NCBI GenBank assembly: GCA_963666735.1
Contig: OY762926.1
Location: forward strand, 320,001-384,000
Source: Gemmatimonadota bacterium
Lineage (GTDB): Bacteria > Gemmatimonadota > Gemmatimonadetes > Palauibacterales > Palauibacteraceae
Reading direction: 5' to 3'
DNA length: 64,000 nt
Within the stretch, counting starts at the first letter, position 1, and every line of letters starts with the position of its first letter. A program made the translations under genes and the position numbers. Positions 46,021-57,000 of the stretch are shown here, piece by piece. The notes beneath the pieces were generated by a model. The model had not been told where the DNA came from, ran no database searches, and saw nothing but the letters and a program-made list of their open reading frames with translations.

Positions 46021-47337
46021 TCAGTCGGTCGACGGGCGGCGCGACTTCAGGTAGTCGAGGAGCAGGTTCGACATCGCGCGCATCCCGATCGAAATCGAGG
46101 CGTCGTCGGCGCGGAAGTCCGGCGTGTGGTGGCCCCCGGAGCCCAGTTCGGGATTCACGGAACCCAGCCGGTAGAAGAAGCCGGGCACCTCGTTCGCGAA
46201 GTAGGCGAAGTCCTCTCCGCCCATCGTGGGTTCGATGACGAGGAGGTTTTCGTCGCCCACGATCTTCGCCAGCGTCGGGGCCATCTGCGCGGTCAGTGCG
46301 CGGTCGTTGATCGTCGCCGGCGTGCCGCGGTCGTAGTCGAGGACGTAGCTGCCGCCGCCGGCCCGCGTGATCCCGTCGAGAATCTCGTCCATGCGCCGTT
46401 CGACGGCGTCGCGCACGTCGGGGTTGTAGGTCCGGACCGTGCCCTCGAGCCACATCTCCTGAGGGATGATGTTGAAGCGCTCGCCGCCCCGCATGACGCC
46501 GACCGTGATCACGCTGGGCTCGAGCGGAGAAAGGTTGCGCGACCGGATGGTCTGGAAGGCGGTCACCGCCTGCGAGGCCATTACGACGGGATCGATGCTC
46601 GTATGAGGCTGGGCACCGTGCGCCTGCCGGCCGATGATCCGGATCTTGAAGTGGTCGACCGCCGCCAGCGCGGGCCCCGGCGTATAGCCGAGCGTCCCGA
46701 CGTCCATCGAAGAGAAGGTGTGGAGTCCGAAAATGGCGGAGGGGACGACGCCGTCCAGCGCGCCTTCACGGACCATGAGTTCGGCGCCGCCTTCCTCGCC
46801 CGGGGGTGGTCCTTCTTCGGCTGGCTGGAAGATGAACTTGATCGTGCCGGGGATCCGGTCGCGCATCGAGGCGAGGACCGAGGCCACGCCGAGCTGCACG
46901 GCGGTATGCACGTCGTGGCCGCACGCGTGCATCACGCCGACTTCCTGGCCGCCGTACTCGGTGCGGACGGTGGAGGCGAAGGAATATCCGGTGTTCTCGG
47001 TCACGGGGAGCGCGTCCATGTCCGCCCGAACCGCGACCACGTCACCGGGCAGGCCCCCCTTCAGGATCCCGATGACTCCGGTGTGCGCGACCCCTTCGAT
47101 GACTTCGTCGAAGCCCAGTTCACGCAGATGGGCCGCGACCATGGCCGCGGTCTCGAACTCGCGGTTGCCGAGTTCGGGGAACTGGTGGATCCGGTGGCGC
47201 ATCTCGACGATCCGGTCGAGCACGCCGTCGACCGCCGCGTCCACGGCGGGATCCTGACCCGCCAGCGGAGTCGCGAGCGTTCCGGCAAGCGTTCCGGCGA
47301 GGAGCGCGAGGGCAAACGGAGTTCGGGGAGTACGCAT
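46021..47337 (-). CDS. Secreted M20D-family amidohydrolase
   Basis: RADMDALP, MHACGHD, FQPAEEG and GGEDF motifs. Confidence 0.93.
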   Translation of the reverse strand: MRTPRTPFALALLAGTLAGTLATPLAGQDPAVDAAVDGVLDRIVEMRHRIHQFPELGNREFETAAMVAAHLRELGFDEVIEGVAHTGVIGILKGGLPGDVVAVRADMDALPVTENTGYSFASTVRTEYGGQEVGVMHACGHDVHTAVQLGVASVLASMRDRIPGTIKFIFQPAEEGPPPGEEGGAELMVREGALDGVVPSAIFGLHTFSSMDVGTLGYTPGPALAAVDHFKIRIIGRQAHGAQPHTSIDPVVMASQAVTAFQTIRSRNLSPLEPSVITVGVMRGGERFNIIPQEMWLEGTVRTYNPDVRDAVERRMDEILDGITRAGGGSYVLDYDRGTPATINDRALTAQMAPTLAKIVGDENLLVIEPTMGGEDFAYFANEVPGFFYRLGSVNPELGSGGHHTPDFRADDASISIGMRAMSNLLLDYLKSRRPSTD

Positions 47338-47506
47338 GCTTCTTCCTGGTCGCGGATTCACACGAAGGACCGTTGCGGCGACGGTCTCGACTGGGGCAGG
47401 GAAGGTGGGCCGGCGGGGCCCGCGCGGGCAACGGTGAGAGACCGGCGGCGAAGGCCGGCGACTGCGGCTGGCGGCGGCGGGCGGTGGAGGCGAGACTTCG
47501 ACTCGT

Positions 47507-47534
47507 TGCGTCCTTTCGCCGTCTCGTTCGTCTA
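47507..47534 (+). promoter_or_regulatory. Candidate ECF-sigma promoter
   Basis: TGCGTC-N16-CGTCTA about 60 bp upstream of the arsI-like/sigma operon; CGTC is a common ECF -10 core. Confidence 0.45.
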
Positions 47535-47593
47535 ACGGGATGAGAAGACGAAGTAGAGGACGACAACGAGCCACGAAACCGGAGAATCGAACC

Positions 47594-48055
47594 ATGCGAC
47601 TGCAACTCGCCCTCAACGTCAGGGATATCGACGAGGCGGTGGACTACTACGCGAAGTTCTTCGGCGCGACCCCGCACAAGCGCCGTCCCGGCTACGCCAA
47701 CTTCGCGATCGACGAGCCGCCCCTGAAACTCGTCCTGTTCGAGAACCCGGACGCGTCGGAGCGCATCAACCACCTGGGTGTGGAGGTGTTCGACGATGCA
47801 TCGGTGCGGAGCGCCGGGGCGAGGCTGGAGGCGGCGGACATCCTGACGGCGGTGGAGGAAGAGACGGTGTGCTGTCACGCGGCCCAGACGAAGGTGTGGT
47901 CTCACGAGCCGCAGGGTCTCCGCTGGGAGTGGTACGTGGTCACGGACGACGCTCCGGGCGAAGGGGCCCCGGGTGAGGAAGCGCCGGCCGCCTCGTGCCT
48001 GCCCGGCACCGGGTGCGAGGCCGACGCCGAAACCGAGGCCTGCTGTGCCGGTTGA
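47594..48055 (+). CDS. ArsI/CadI-family VOC metalloenzyme
   Basis: MRLQLALNV...PGYANFAIDEPPLKLVLFEN...NHLGVEV...CCHAAQTKVW...WEWY; Cys-rich tail. Confidence 0.9.
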   Translation: MRLQLALNVRDIDEAVDYYAKFFGATPHKRRPGYANFAIDEPPLKLVLFENPDASERINHLGVEVFDDASVRSAGARLEAADILTAVEEETVCCHAAQTKVWSHEPQGLRWEWYVVTDDAPGEGAPGEEAPAASCLPGTGCEADAETEACCAG

Positions 48056-48653
48056 GTCGGGTGCCGCACACGCCGTGCCCGCGTGGTCCGACTTTCAAAG
48101 TCGCCTGGGGCGCTACGTTGCCGGGCGCGTGGATCCTGCCTGGGCGGACGATGTCACGGGCGACATCCTCGTTCGGCTGCTCGAGCGCCAGGGCGACCTC
48201 GCGCGAGCGCGGGATCCGCTCGCCTGGGCCTATCGGGTCGCCACGAACGTCATCACCGATCACTACCGGCGCCGGGCCGCCGAATCGCGAACACTGACCC
48301 GGGTGGGACAGGAGGCCGGCGGACGTGAGCGGACCCCGGACTCGGAGGACCACGAAGCCGTGCGGCGGGACCTGGAAGCGTGTCTGCTTCCGTTCGCCCG
48401 CGAGCTGCCGCCGAAGTACTCGGAGGCGTTGATCCTCACCACCTTTGGCGGACTCACGCAGGTGGAAGCCGCACGCCGACTCGGACTCGGCACGTCGGGG
48501 ATGAAGTCGCGGGTGCAGCGGGCGCGCGCGCTGCTGAAGCGGCGGCTGCTGGAGTGCTGCGATTTCGAGATGGACCGTCGTGGGGGCGTGATCGACATGC
48601 GACCCCGGCGGGCGCGCTCCACGGACGCCCCGCAACCTGCAGCGCGTGCGTGA
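48045..48653 (+). CDS. ECF RNA polymerase sigma factor, SigZ-like
   Basis: WAYRVATNVITDHYR and KSRVQRAR...LLECC motifs; start uncertain. Confidence 0.85.
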   Translation: MPVESGAAHAVPAWSDFQSRLGRYVAGRVDPAWADDVTGDILVRLLERQGDLARARDPLAWAYRVATNVITDHYRRRAAESRTLTRVGQEAGGRERTPDSEDHEAVRRDLEACLLPFARELPPKYSEALILTTFGGLTQVEAARRLGLGTSGMKSRVQRARALLKRRLLECCDFEMDRRGGVIDMRPRRARSTDAPQPAARA

Positions 48654-49918
48654 GAGTCGCGGTGGTCGGCGGCGGCATCATCGGGCTGTGTGCCGCCCAC
48701 TATCTGGAACGTCGCGGAGCCGAGGTCGTCCTCCTCGAGCGAGGCGAGGTCGGCGGCGGGTGCTCGAAGGGAAACGGCGGTTGGGTCTGTCCGTCGATCT
48801 CCCGCCCGCTGCCGGCGCCGGGGCTGACGCTCACTTCGCTGCGTTGGATGCTCCGCTCCGACAGCCCGCTCTACATCAAGCCGTCGGCCATGCCCGGGCT
48901 CATGGGCTGGCTGTGGGCCTTTCGTCGTCACTGTAATGCCGGGAGCTACGGGGCGGGGGTTGCCGCGCTCGCGGCCCTGAACGCGGCGACGGACCGGTTG
49001 TACCGCGGACTCGCGGATGAGGGCGTGGAGTTCGAACACGCCGAGCGCGGGACCATTCTCGCCTACGATGACGAGGGCGAACGCCGGCAGGCCGCGGAAT
49101 TGCTCACCAGGCTGGGCGAGGAGCGGGTCGGGCCGGTCGACTTGCTCGACCGCGAGGCTCTCAGGAAGGCGGAGCCGGACCTGGGCGGGAATTTGATCGG
49201 CTTGCGGATGCGCGGGGATACGCATGTGCGCCCCGAGTCGCTCTGTGCCGGGATTGCCGCGAGCGTGGAGGCCCGCGGCGTCGAGATCAGGACGGGAGTG
49301 CGTGTCGTCGGCTTCACGCGGGCCGGCCGTCGGCTCCGGGCCATGGTCGCCCGGAACCACGGAACCGGGGGAGCGGACGTCGGGAGGGCGGAGGAGATCG
49401 GTGCGGATGTCGTCGTGCTCGCCGCGGGGGCCGAGACGGCCGCCCTTGTGGCGACCCTTGGGCGGAAGCTCCCCGTGCAGGCGGGGAAGGGCTACAGCAT
49501 CACTGTCAGGAACGCGCGGGTCCGGCTCTCACAGCCTTTGCACGTGACGCCGGCAAGGATCGGCTTCACGCCATTTCGCGGGGCCGTGCGCACGATCGGG
49601 ACCATGGAGTTCTCCGGCATCAACCTGCGCCTCGACCGGCGCCGCGTCGCCATCCTGGAGCGGGCCGCGCGCCGCTTTCTGCCCGGCGCGCTCGATGGGG
49701 CCGAGCGCGTCGACTGGGTGGGCATGCGGCCGGTGACGCCGGACGGCCTGCCCGCGATCGGATGGCTGCCGGGTCTCCCCAACGTGTGCGTGGCCACGGG
49801 CCACCAGATGCTCGGCGTCACGCTGGCCCCCTCGACCGGCCATGCGCTCGCCCAACTCGTCCTCGATGGACGCTCGGAACTCGATCTCGCGCCCTTCGAT
49901 CCCGCGCGCTTCACGTGA
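48650..49918 (+). CDS. FAD-dependent oxidoreductase (D-amino acid dehydrogenase-like)
   Basis: GGGIIG, SKGNGG, GKGYS, GMRPVTPDGLP and TGH motifs; GTGA overlap with the sigma gene. Confidence 0.88.
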   Translation: MRVAVVGGGIIGLCAAHYLERRGAEVVLLERGEVGGGCSKGNGGWVCPSISRPLPAPGLTLTSLRWMLRSDSPLYIKPSAMPGLMGWLWAFRRHCNAGSYGAGVAALAALNAATDRLYRGLADEGVEFEHAERGTILAYDDEGERRQAAELLTRLGEERVGPVDLLDREALRKAEPDLGGNLIGLRMRGDTHVRPESLCAGIAASVEARGVEIRTGVRVVGFTRAGRRLRAMVARNHGTGGADVGRAEEIGADVVVLAAGAETAALVATLGRKLPVQAGKGYSITVRNARVRLSQPLHVTPARIGFTPFRGAVRTIGTMEFSGINLRLDRRRVAILERAARRFLPGALDGAERVDWVGMRPVTPDGLPAIGWLPGLPNVCVATGHQMLGVTLAPSTGHALAQLVLDGRSELDLAPFDPARFT

Positions 49919-50032
49919 TGTCGCCGGCCTCGAACCCCGCGTGACCGTGCCGATCCGCGATCCGGGTTGACCGTTCGGGTCGCGCCACGGACACTGTGGG
50001 CACGCGAATTCCCCGTACCGAAGGCCAGCCGA

Positions 50033-50710
50033 GTGAGCAAATTTGATGATCTGCGCGCCCACCTGCGGGCGATCCGCACGCTCACCAGGGGGGTGACGCA
50101 CGGTCTTCCGGTCCTTGAGGCCGCCGAGGATCCCTACGACCTCTTCGGCGACTGGTTCCGGGATGCCGAGGCGTCGGGGCTGCTTCTGCCGGAGTCGATG
50201 GCGCTCGCCACGGCGGCCGGCGAGGGGCGGCCCTCGGTGCGGATGGTCCTCCTGAAGGGATTCGATCCCGGCGGCTTCCGTTTCTACACCAACTACGGCA
50301 GTCGCAAGGCCACGGAACTGGATGACAATCCGCAGGCTTCGCTCTGTTTCCACTGGTCGGTGCTGGAGCGGCAGGTGCGCATTGAAGGGCGTGTCGAGCG
50401 CCTCTCCGCGGAGGACTCGGCGGCGTACTTCGCGACGCGCGACCGGGGGAGCCGGATCGGTGCCTGGGCTTCCGCCCAGAGCCGCCCGATCGCCGGCCGC
50501 GCCGGGCTCGAAGCTCAGGTGGCGGAGGCGGAGGCCCGGTTCGAAGGGAGGGACGTGCCGCTACCCGGCTTCTGGGGCGGATACGTCCTCGTGCCCGACC
50601 GGATCGAGTTCTGGCAGGGCCGGGCGAACCGGCTGCACGACCGTCTCGAATACACGCCGCGCCACACACCCCACGACGGAAGCTGGAAGATCGCCCGCCT
50701 CCAACCGTAG
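50033..50710 (+). CDS. pdxH: Pyridoxamine 5'-phosphate oxidase
   Basis: RMVLLK, YTNYGSRK, RQVRIEG and EFWQGRANRLHDR motifs. Confidence 0.95.
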   Translation: MSKFDDLRAHLRAIRTLTRGVTHGLPVLEAAEDPYDLFGDWFRDAEASGLLLPESMALATAAGEGRPSVRMVLLKGFDPGGFRFYTNYGSRKATELDDNPQASLCFHWSVLERQVRIEGRVERLSAEDSAAYFATRDRGSRIGAWASAQSRPIAGRAGLEAQVAEAEARFEGRDVPLPGFWGGYVLVPDRIEFWQGRANRLHDRLEYTPRHTPHDGSWKIARLQP

Positions 50711-50760
50711 TGATCCTCTCCAGCCGCGGGTCAGCGGCCTGGGGAGCACCGGTCGGGCCG

Positions 50761-52110
50761 CTACCCCAGGAGGCCGAGTCCGGCGAGCACGACGAGCCCC
50801 ACGGCGACCGGCACGAGGAAGCGCATGACCGGACCCCAGGCCGCGGTGACCCTGAAGCGCCCCGCCCCCTGGTTCGTCTCGGCGCGGTACCGTTCGAAGC
50901 CCCAGGCGAAGGCGACATAGAGGGAGATCGCGAGCCCGCCCACCGTGAGAAAGAGGTTCCCGGACACATAGTCGGCGAGTTCGAACAGACCGCGGCCTCC
51001 AAGCTGTACCGCGGCCCAGGGCCCGCCGCCGAGCGCGAGCGGGACTCCCGAGAGGAGGATGGCCCCGAGCACGGTCCAGAGCGATCGCCGGCGGCTCCAG
51101 CCCAGCGAGTCCATGGCGCTCGACGTGAGGGCTTCGAGCAGCGCGAGACACGAGGTGAGTCCCGCGATGAACACGAAGAAGAAGAAGAACGCCGCGGCCG
51201 CCTCGCCCGCCGGCAGGCGGCCGAAGAGACCCGCCATCGTGATGAAGAGGAGGCCCGCCCCCTGGTCGGGCTCCATGCCGAAGGCGAAGAGGGCGGGGAA
51301 CATGACGAACCCCGCGAGGACGGCGGCGAGCGTGTCGCAGGCCACGATGGAGGCGGCGCTCCCGGGGATGTCGCTGTGGCGCGGGTGCAGGTGGCTCCCG
51401 AACACGAACGCGCCCATCATCCCGACCCCGATGGAATAGAAGGCCTGGCCGAGCGCCGCGAGCCACGTCTCCGGACCGATGGCCGAGAAGTCGGGCGCGA
51501 GATACCAGCGGACGCCCTCCCACGCCCCGTCGAACCGGAGCGAGACGATCCCGAGTCCGATGAGGAAGAAGAAGAGGATGGGAATCAGGAGTCGCGCCGT
51601 ACGCTCGATCCCCCGCCGCAACCCTCGGGTGATGATGAGTCCCGCCAGCAGCATCACGGGGATCGTATGGGCGAGCACCTCTCCCGGGCGCGCGGTGAAG
51701 GCCGCGAACGACTCCGCCGCGGCCTGTACGCTTCCGGTGTCGTAACCCCCTCGGAAGGCACGGACGAAGTAGGCCGCGATCCAGCCCATGATGAGCTGGT
51801 AGTAGGACATGATGAGGAACGCGGCTCCCACGCCGAGCCAGGCGATCGCGCGGAACGGGCTTCGTCCCGCGAGCTTTCGCATCGCGGCCGGCGGCGTCGC
51901 CTGCGCGCGGCGCCCGAGGCTGATCTCGGCGGTGAACAGCGGAATCCCGATCAGGACCGCGAGCAGCACGTAGATGAGAAGGAACGCGCCTCCCCCGTTC
52001 TCGCCCGCCAGGTACGGAAACCTCCAGATGTTGCCGAGCCCCACCGAGAACCCGGTGGTGGCGAGAATGAAGCCCAGGGGGCTGCCCCAGCGTTCGCGCG
52101 GCGTACTCAT
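50761..52110 (-). CDS. Sodium-dependent transporter (neurotransmitter:sodium symporter family)
   Basis: VGLGNIWRFPY...NGGGAF and GQAFYS motifs. Confidence 0.93.
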   Translation of the reverse strand: MSTPRERWGSPLGFILATTGFSVGLGNIWRFPYLAGENGGGAFLLIYVLLAVLIGIPLFTAEISLGRRAQATPPAAMRKLAGRSPFRAIAWLGVGAAFLIMSYYQLIMGWIAAYFVRAFRGGYDTGSVQAAAESFAAFTARPGEVLAHTIPVMLLAGLIITRGLRRGIERTARLLIPILFFFLIGLGIVSLRFDGAWEGVRWYLAPDFSAIGPETWLAALGQAFYSIGVGMMGAFVFGSHLHPRHSDIPGSAASIVACDTLAAVLAGFVMFPALFAFGMEPDQGAGLLFITMAGLFGRLPAGEAAAAFFFFFVFIAGLTSCLALLEALTSSAMDSLGWSRRRSLWTVLGAILLSGVPLALGGGPWAAVQLGGRGLFELADYVSGNLFLTVGGLAISLYVAFAWGFERYRAETNQGAGRFRVTAAWGPVMRFLVPVAVGLVVLAGLGLLG

Positions 52111-52165
52111 GTTCGAACAGTTGCCGGGGGACGCGGTTCCGTCCAGAGTAGGGCACCCGAGGGAG

Positions 52166-53824
52166 GTGTCGGATGCCCGATACGGGCCGTTCGTGAAATA
52201 CGATCTGCAGACGCTCCGCGGCGACCTCTTCGGAGGCGCCACGTCGGCGGTGGTCGCGCTCCCGGTGTCGCTCGCCTTCGGCGTCGCGTCGGGCCTCGGC
52301 GCCGTTGCCGGACTCTACGGCGCGATCGCCGTCGGCTTCTTCGCGGCCGTCTTCGGCGGCAACCGGTTCCAGATGTCCGGCCCCACCCCTTCCATGACCG
52401 TCGCCATGGCGGTCGTCGTGACCACGCATGCGTCCACGCTGAGCGAGGCCTTCACCGTGGTGGTGCTGGCGGGACTGATGCAGATCGCATTGGGTCTGTT
52501 GAAGACCGGCCGCTTCGTCGTCTACACACCGCACGCCGTCATCTCGGGGTTCATGTCCGGGATCGGCGTCATCGTCATGCTGATCCAGACGCTGCCGTTC
52601 CTTGGCGCCGCCCCCGCGGAGGGCGGTCCCATCGGCGCCATGCGGGCGCTGCCGGCGGCCGTGGCCAACATGAACGTGAGCGCGTTCGCCATCGGCGCGG
52701 TCACGCTCGCGGCCGGCATCCTCTGGCCTCGGCGGTGGTCACGCCTGCTGCCGGGTCCCCTTGTCGCCCTCCTCGTCGGAACGACGCTCGGCCTGTTCTG
52801 GCTGACCGACGTCCCCATCATCGGCGCCATCCCGACCGGCCTGCCGGAAATCCAGTTCGGTCTGCCATCCTTCGGTTTCTTGGCCCAGGCCTTTCATGCG
52901 GCACTCATCCTCGCCCTCCTCGGCTCGGTCGACAGCCTGCTTACGTCGCTCGTGGCCGACTCGCTGACCGGCACGCAGCACGACTCGAACCGCGAACTCG
53001 TCGGCCAGGGCATCGGCAATGTCGTCTCCGGCCTGTTCGGAGGGTTGCCGGGCGCGGGCGCGACGATGGGCACGGTCGTAAACATCCGCGCCGGCGGCCT
53101 CACGCGGATGTCCGGGGCTCTGCGCGCGATCTTCCTGCTGGGGGTTCTGCTGGGCCTGGGGCCGTTCCTGGAACCGATTCCGCACGCCGTGCTGGCCGGC
53201 ATCCTGATCAAGGTCGGGTGGGACATCATCGACTGGCCCCTTCTCGTCCGCATCCACCGCATCCGCCGCGACCAACTCTTCGTCATGGTGCTGACGCTCG
53301 GCCTGACCGTGTTCGTCGACCTCGTGACCGCCGTCGCGATCGGTCTCATCGTCGCGGGGATGGCTCACGCGCGGCAGTTGGAGACCCTCGAACTCGACAA
53401 CGTCCTCTCCGTACCGCTGCTGGATCGCACGTTCTTCGCCGGACTCGAGACCGCGGACGAGATGATGGCGGACGGAATGGGGGAATATTCGGCCAGGGTC
53501 GGCCTCGTGCAGCTTCGCGGCGCCTTCACGGTCGCCTCATCCCACAAGCTCGTTGGGGTCATCGGGAAGGACATCAGGGACCATGAGGTCGTCATTTTCG
53601 ATTTCTCCAGAGCGACGTACCTCGACGACAGCGCCGCGGTCCTCATCGGGCAGCTCCTGGCAGCGGCGGCGCAAGCGAATACCGACGTCGTCGTCGCGGA
53701 GGTTTCGGGCGCCGTAGCCAAGGTGTTCGAAGCCCTCGACATCCTGTCCGCCGTACCGGAGGACCAGGTCGTCGATACGACGGAAGAAGCGCGGGGCGTC
53801 GCCCTCGGCGTCCTGAATCGCTGA
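52166..53824 (+). CDS. SulP/SLC26-family anion transporter with STAS domain
   Basis: GDLFGG...ALPVSLAFGVASG, SGPT, NRELVGQG and DFSRATYLDDS motifs; start 52166 or 52193. Confidence 0.92.
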   Translation: MSDARYGPFVKYDLQTLRGDLFGGATSAVVALPVSLAFGVASGLGAVAGLYGAIAVGFFAAVFGGNRFQMSGPTPSMTVAMAVVVTTHASTLSEAFTVVVLAGLMQIALGLLKTGRFVVYTPHAVISGFMSGIGVIVMLIQTLPFLGAAPAEGGPIGAMRALPAAVANMNVSAFAIGAVTLAAGILWPRRWSRLLPGPLVALLVGTTLGLFWLTDVPIIGAIPTGLPEIQFGLPSFGFLAQAFHAALILALLGSVDSLLTSLVADSLTGTQHDSNRELVGQGIGNVVSGLFGGLPGAGATMGTVVNIRAGGLTRMSGALRAIFLLGVLLGLGPFLEPIPHAVLAGILIKVGWDIIDWPLLVRIHRIRRDQLFVMVLTLGLTVFVDLVTAVAIGLIVAGMAHARQLETLELDNVLSVPLLDRTFFAGLETADEMMADGMGEYSARVGLVQLRGAFTVASSHKLVGVIGKDIRDHEVVIFDFSRATYLDDSAAVLIGQLLAAAAQANTDVVVAEVSGAVAKVFEALDILSAVPEDQVVDTTEEARGVALGVLNR

Positions 53825-54066
53825 GCGAAGATCTCCCTGCGGGCAGGAGGCGGCTTGCGCAAGACATGTGGCGGGACTTCAACGTGGCTTGCGGGCGCAC
53901 TCGGCGGGCACACTCATCAGGGACATCCCGGCCGGTCTCCCCGGGGGGGCGGGGCACGCCGGTTTGTCTGGCGACATCCCTCGCTGCGTCGCTAGCTTCT
54001 CTGCCGTCGGGGACTCCGGGTGTTCCCTTACGCGATGAGAAACGCGACCAATCCGAAGGGGGATCC

Positions 54067-57000
54067 ATGGTGCCCAAGAAGCCCTGCCTGCCAACGCTCA
54101 GTGCCCCGGCCGCGTTACTTCTCGGACTGGTCATTTCGGGCTGCTCGGAGAGGGACCTAGACTCGCTGGGACCCGCACCTTCTCCCAGCAGTGGAGAGGT
54201 CTACCTCGACGGTTTCTCCCCCGGCCTGGAGTACCACGCCTTCGGCGGCTCCAAGGTCGATGCGCTGGACATCGATGAGACCGGCGGCCGCGCCGGTACC
54301 CCCAGCCTGAAGTTCACGATTCCGCTGCCGAACGATCCCGCCGGCGGCTACGCGGGCGGCGTATTCGTCGGCAGGCCGCCCCGCGATCTTTCCGTCTTCA
54401 CCGCGCTCACTTTCTGGACCCGGGCGAGGCAGGCGGCCACGCTCAACACCGTGGGCTTCGGCAACGACAACAGCGGCAATTCCAGATTCCCCGCCGAAGC
54501 GGGAGATGTGACCGTGTCGACGACGTGGAGCAAGGTCATCCTCCCCATCCCGGACCCCTCGAAACTGAGCGGCGAAGGCGGTCTGTTCTACCTCGCCGAG
54601 GGGGCGGAAAACAACCAGGGCAACGAGATCTGGTTCGATGAGGTCCGGTTCGAGGACATCCGGACCATCGCCAACCCGAGGCCGGCCATCGCCAGCGCGG
54701 ACATCGCGGGCGAACCCGGCGGCACGGCTCAGGTGATGGGAACGCAGATCACCTACGACGTGGCCGGCGAGGACCGGGTGATGAAGGCGAGCCCGGCCTA
54801 CTTCAGCTTCGGTTCCTCGGATCCGGGCGTGGTCACGGTCGACGCCGACGGAAAAATGACGTTCATCGGGCTGGGCACGGCGACCGTGACCGCCTCCCTC
54901 GGTTCGGTGCGGGCCGCCGGGACCGTCACGGTGAACGTGGGCGCCGCACCCGATGGCGGCCCGCCGGCTCCGGCGCGGCCCGCCGAGAATGTGATTTCGC
55001 TCTTCAGCGACGTGTACGACGACGTCACGGTGGACACCTGGTCGGCCGAGTGGGATCAGGCGGACTTCGAGGATGTGCAGCTTGCCGGCGACAACGCCAA
55101 GAAGTACTCGAACCTCGCGTTCGCCGGGATCGAGTTCACTTCGGCGCCGGTCGACGCTTCCGACATGAGCCATTTCCACTTCGATCTGTGGACTGGCGAT
55201 GAGACGGCGCCGCCGGCCGCGTTCAGGGTGAAACTCGTGGACTTCGGAGCCGACGGCTCGTTCGGCGGTGACGACGACAGCGAGCACGAGATCACGCTGA
55301 CCGCGGAATCGGGTCTCGCATCGCGAACATGGGTGAGTTTCGATGTGCCGTTGACGGACTTTGCGGGCTTGAGGGCCAGATCCAGCCTGGCGCAGCTCAT
55401 CATCTCGGGCGATCCGAACACGATCTATCTCGACAACATCTACTTCTGGGGCGAGGGCGCGCCTCCGCCCCCGCCTCCACCGCCGCCGGGCGCGATGGCG
55501 CCGGAGGAGCCGGCTCCGGCTCCCGAGCGTTCCGCGGATGACGTGATCTCCTTGTTCAGCGACGCCTACGAGGACGTGACGGTGGACACCTGGTCGGCGG
55601 AGTGGGACCAGGCGGATGTCGAGGACATCCAGGTGGCGGGCGACAACGTGAAGAAGTACTCGAACCTCGTGTTCGCGGGGATCGAGTTCACGTCGGCGCC
55701 GGTCGACGCCTCGGCGATGACGCACTTCCACCTGGATGTGTGGACGCCGGACCCGACGGCGGATCCGGCCGCCCTCAGGGTGAAGCTGGTCGACTTCGGC
55801 CCGAACGGGGTGCACGACGGCGGCGGAGACGACAGCGAACACGAGCTGTCGCTCACGGCAGCCTCGACGACGCCGTTGGCGACGGGGATGTGGCTGAGCT
55901 ACGACCTCGCGTTCGAGGAGATGTCGGGCCTCGCGGCGCGGGCGAGTCTCGCTCAGCTGATCATCTCGGGCGACCCGAACACGATCTTCGTCGACAACGT
56001 CTACTTCTGGGGCGAGAGCGCCCCGGCCCCGTCCGAGCCGCCGGTGGCGGCGCCGACGCCGAGCGTCGCGGCGGGCGACGTGATTTCGTTGTTCAGCGAC
56101 GCCTACGAGGACGTGACGGTGGACACCTGGTCGGCGGAGTGGGACCAGGCGGATGTCGAGGACATCCAGGTGGCGGGCGACAACGTGAAGAAGTACTCGA
56201 GCCTCGCGTTCGCGGGGATCGAGTTTACGTCGGCGCCGGTCGACGCCTCGGCGATGACGCACTTCCACCTGGACGTGTGGACGCCGGACCCGACGGCGGA
56301 TCCGGCCGCGTTCAGGGTGAAGCTGGTCGACTTCGGCCCGAACGGGGTGCACGACGGCGGCGGAGACGACAGCGAACACGAACTGTCGCTCACGGCAGCC
56401 TCGACGCCGCCGTTGGCGACGGGGATGTGGCTGAGCTACGACCTCGCGTTCGAGGAGATGTCGGGCCTCGCGGCGCGGGCGAGTCTGGCTCAGCTGATCA
56501 TCTCGGGCGACCCGAACACGATCTTCGTCGACAACGTCTACTTCTGGGGCGAGCGCGCCCCGGCCCCGTCCGAGCCGCCGGTGGCGGCGCCGACGCCGAG
56601 CGTCGCGGCGGGCGACGTGATTTCGTTGTTCAGCGACGCCTACGAGGACGTGGCTGTGGACACCTGGTCGGCGGATTGGGACCAGGGAGACGTCGCGGAT
56701 GTCGAGGTCGACGGGAATGCGGCGAAAATGTACTCGAACGTCGCCTTCGTGGGTGTGGAGTTCACATCGGCGCCGGTCGATGCCTCCGAGATGACCCACT
56801 TCCATATCGACCTCTGGACGGCGGACGAGACGGCCGATCCGGCGGCGTTCCGGGTCAAGCTGGTCGACTTCGGGGCCAACGGCGTGCATGACGGCGGGGG
56901 CGATGACAGCGAGCACGAGCTGTCGCTCACTGCGACCTCCGACCCGCCGCTGGCGACGGGGGTTTGGCTGAGCTACGACATCCCGCTGGCCGACTTCTCC

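Noticed and set aside
53854..53863. Palindrome CTTGCGCAAG as a LacI-type operator for the glucan locus
   Set aside because: Only 10 bp, a single occurrence and no regulator gene in view; it could be chance.
53880..54060. Possible riboswitch upstream of the glucan lipoprotein
   Set aside because: GC-rich pairing is possible, but I could not match any known aptamer consensus.
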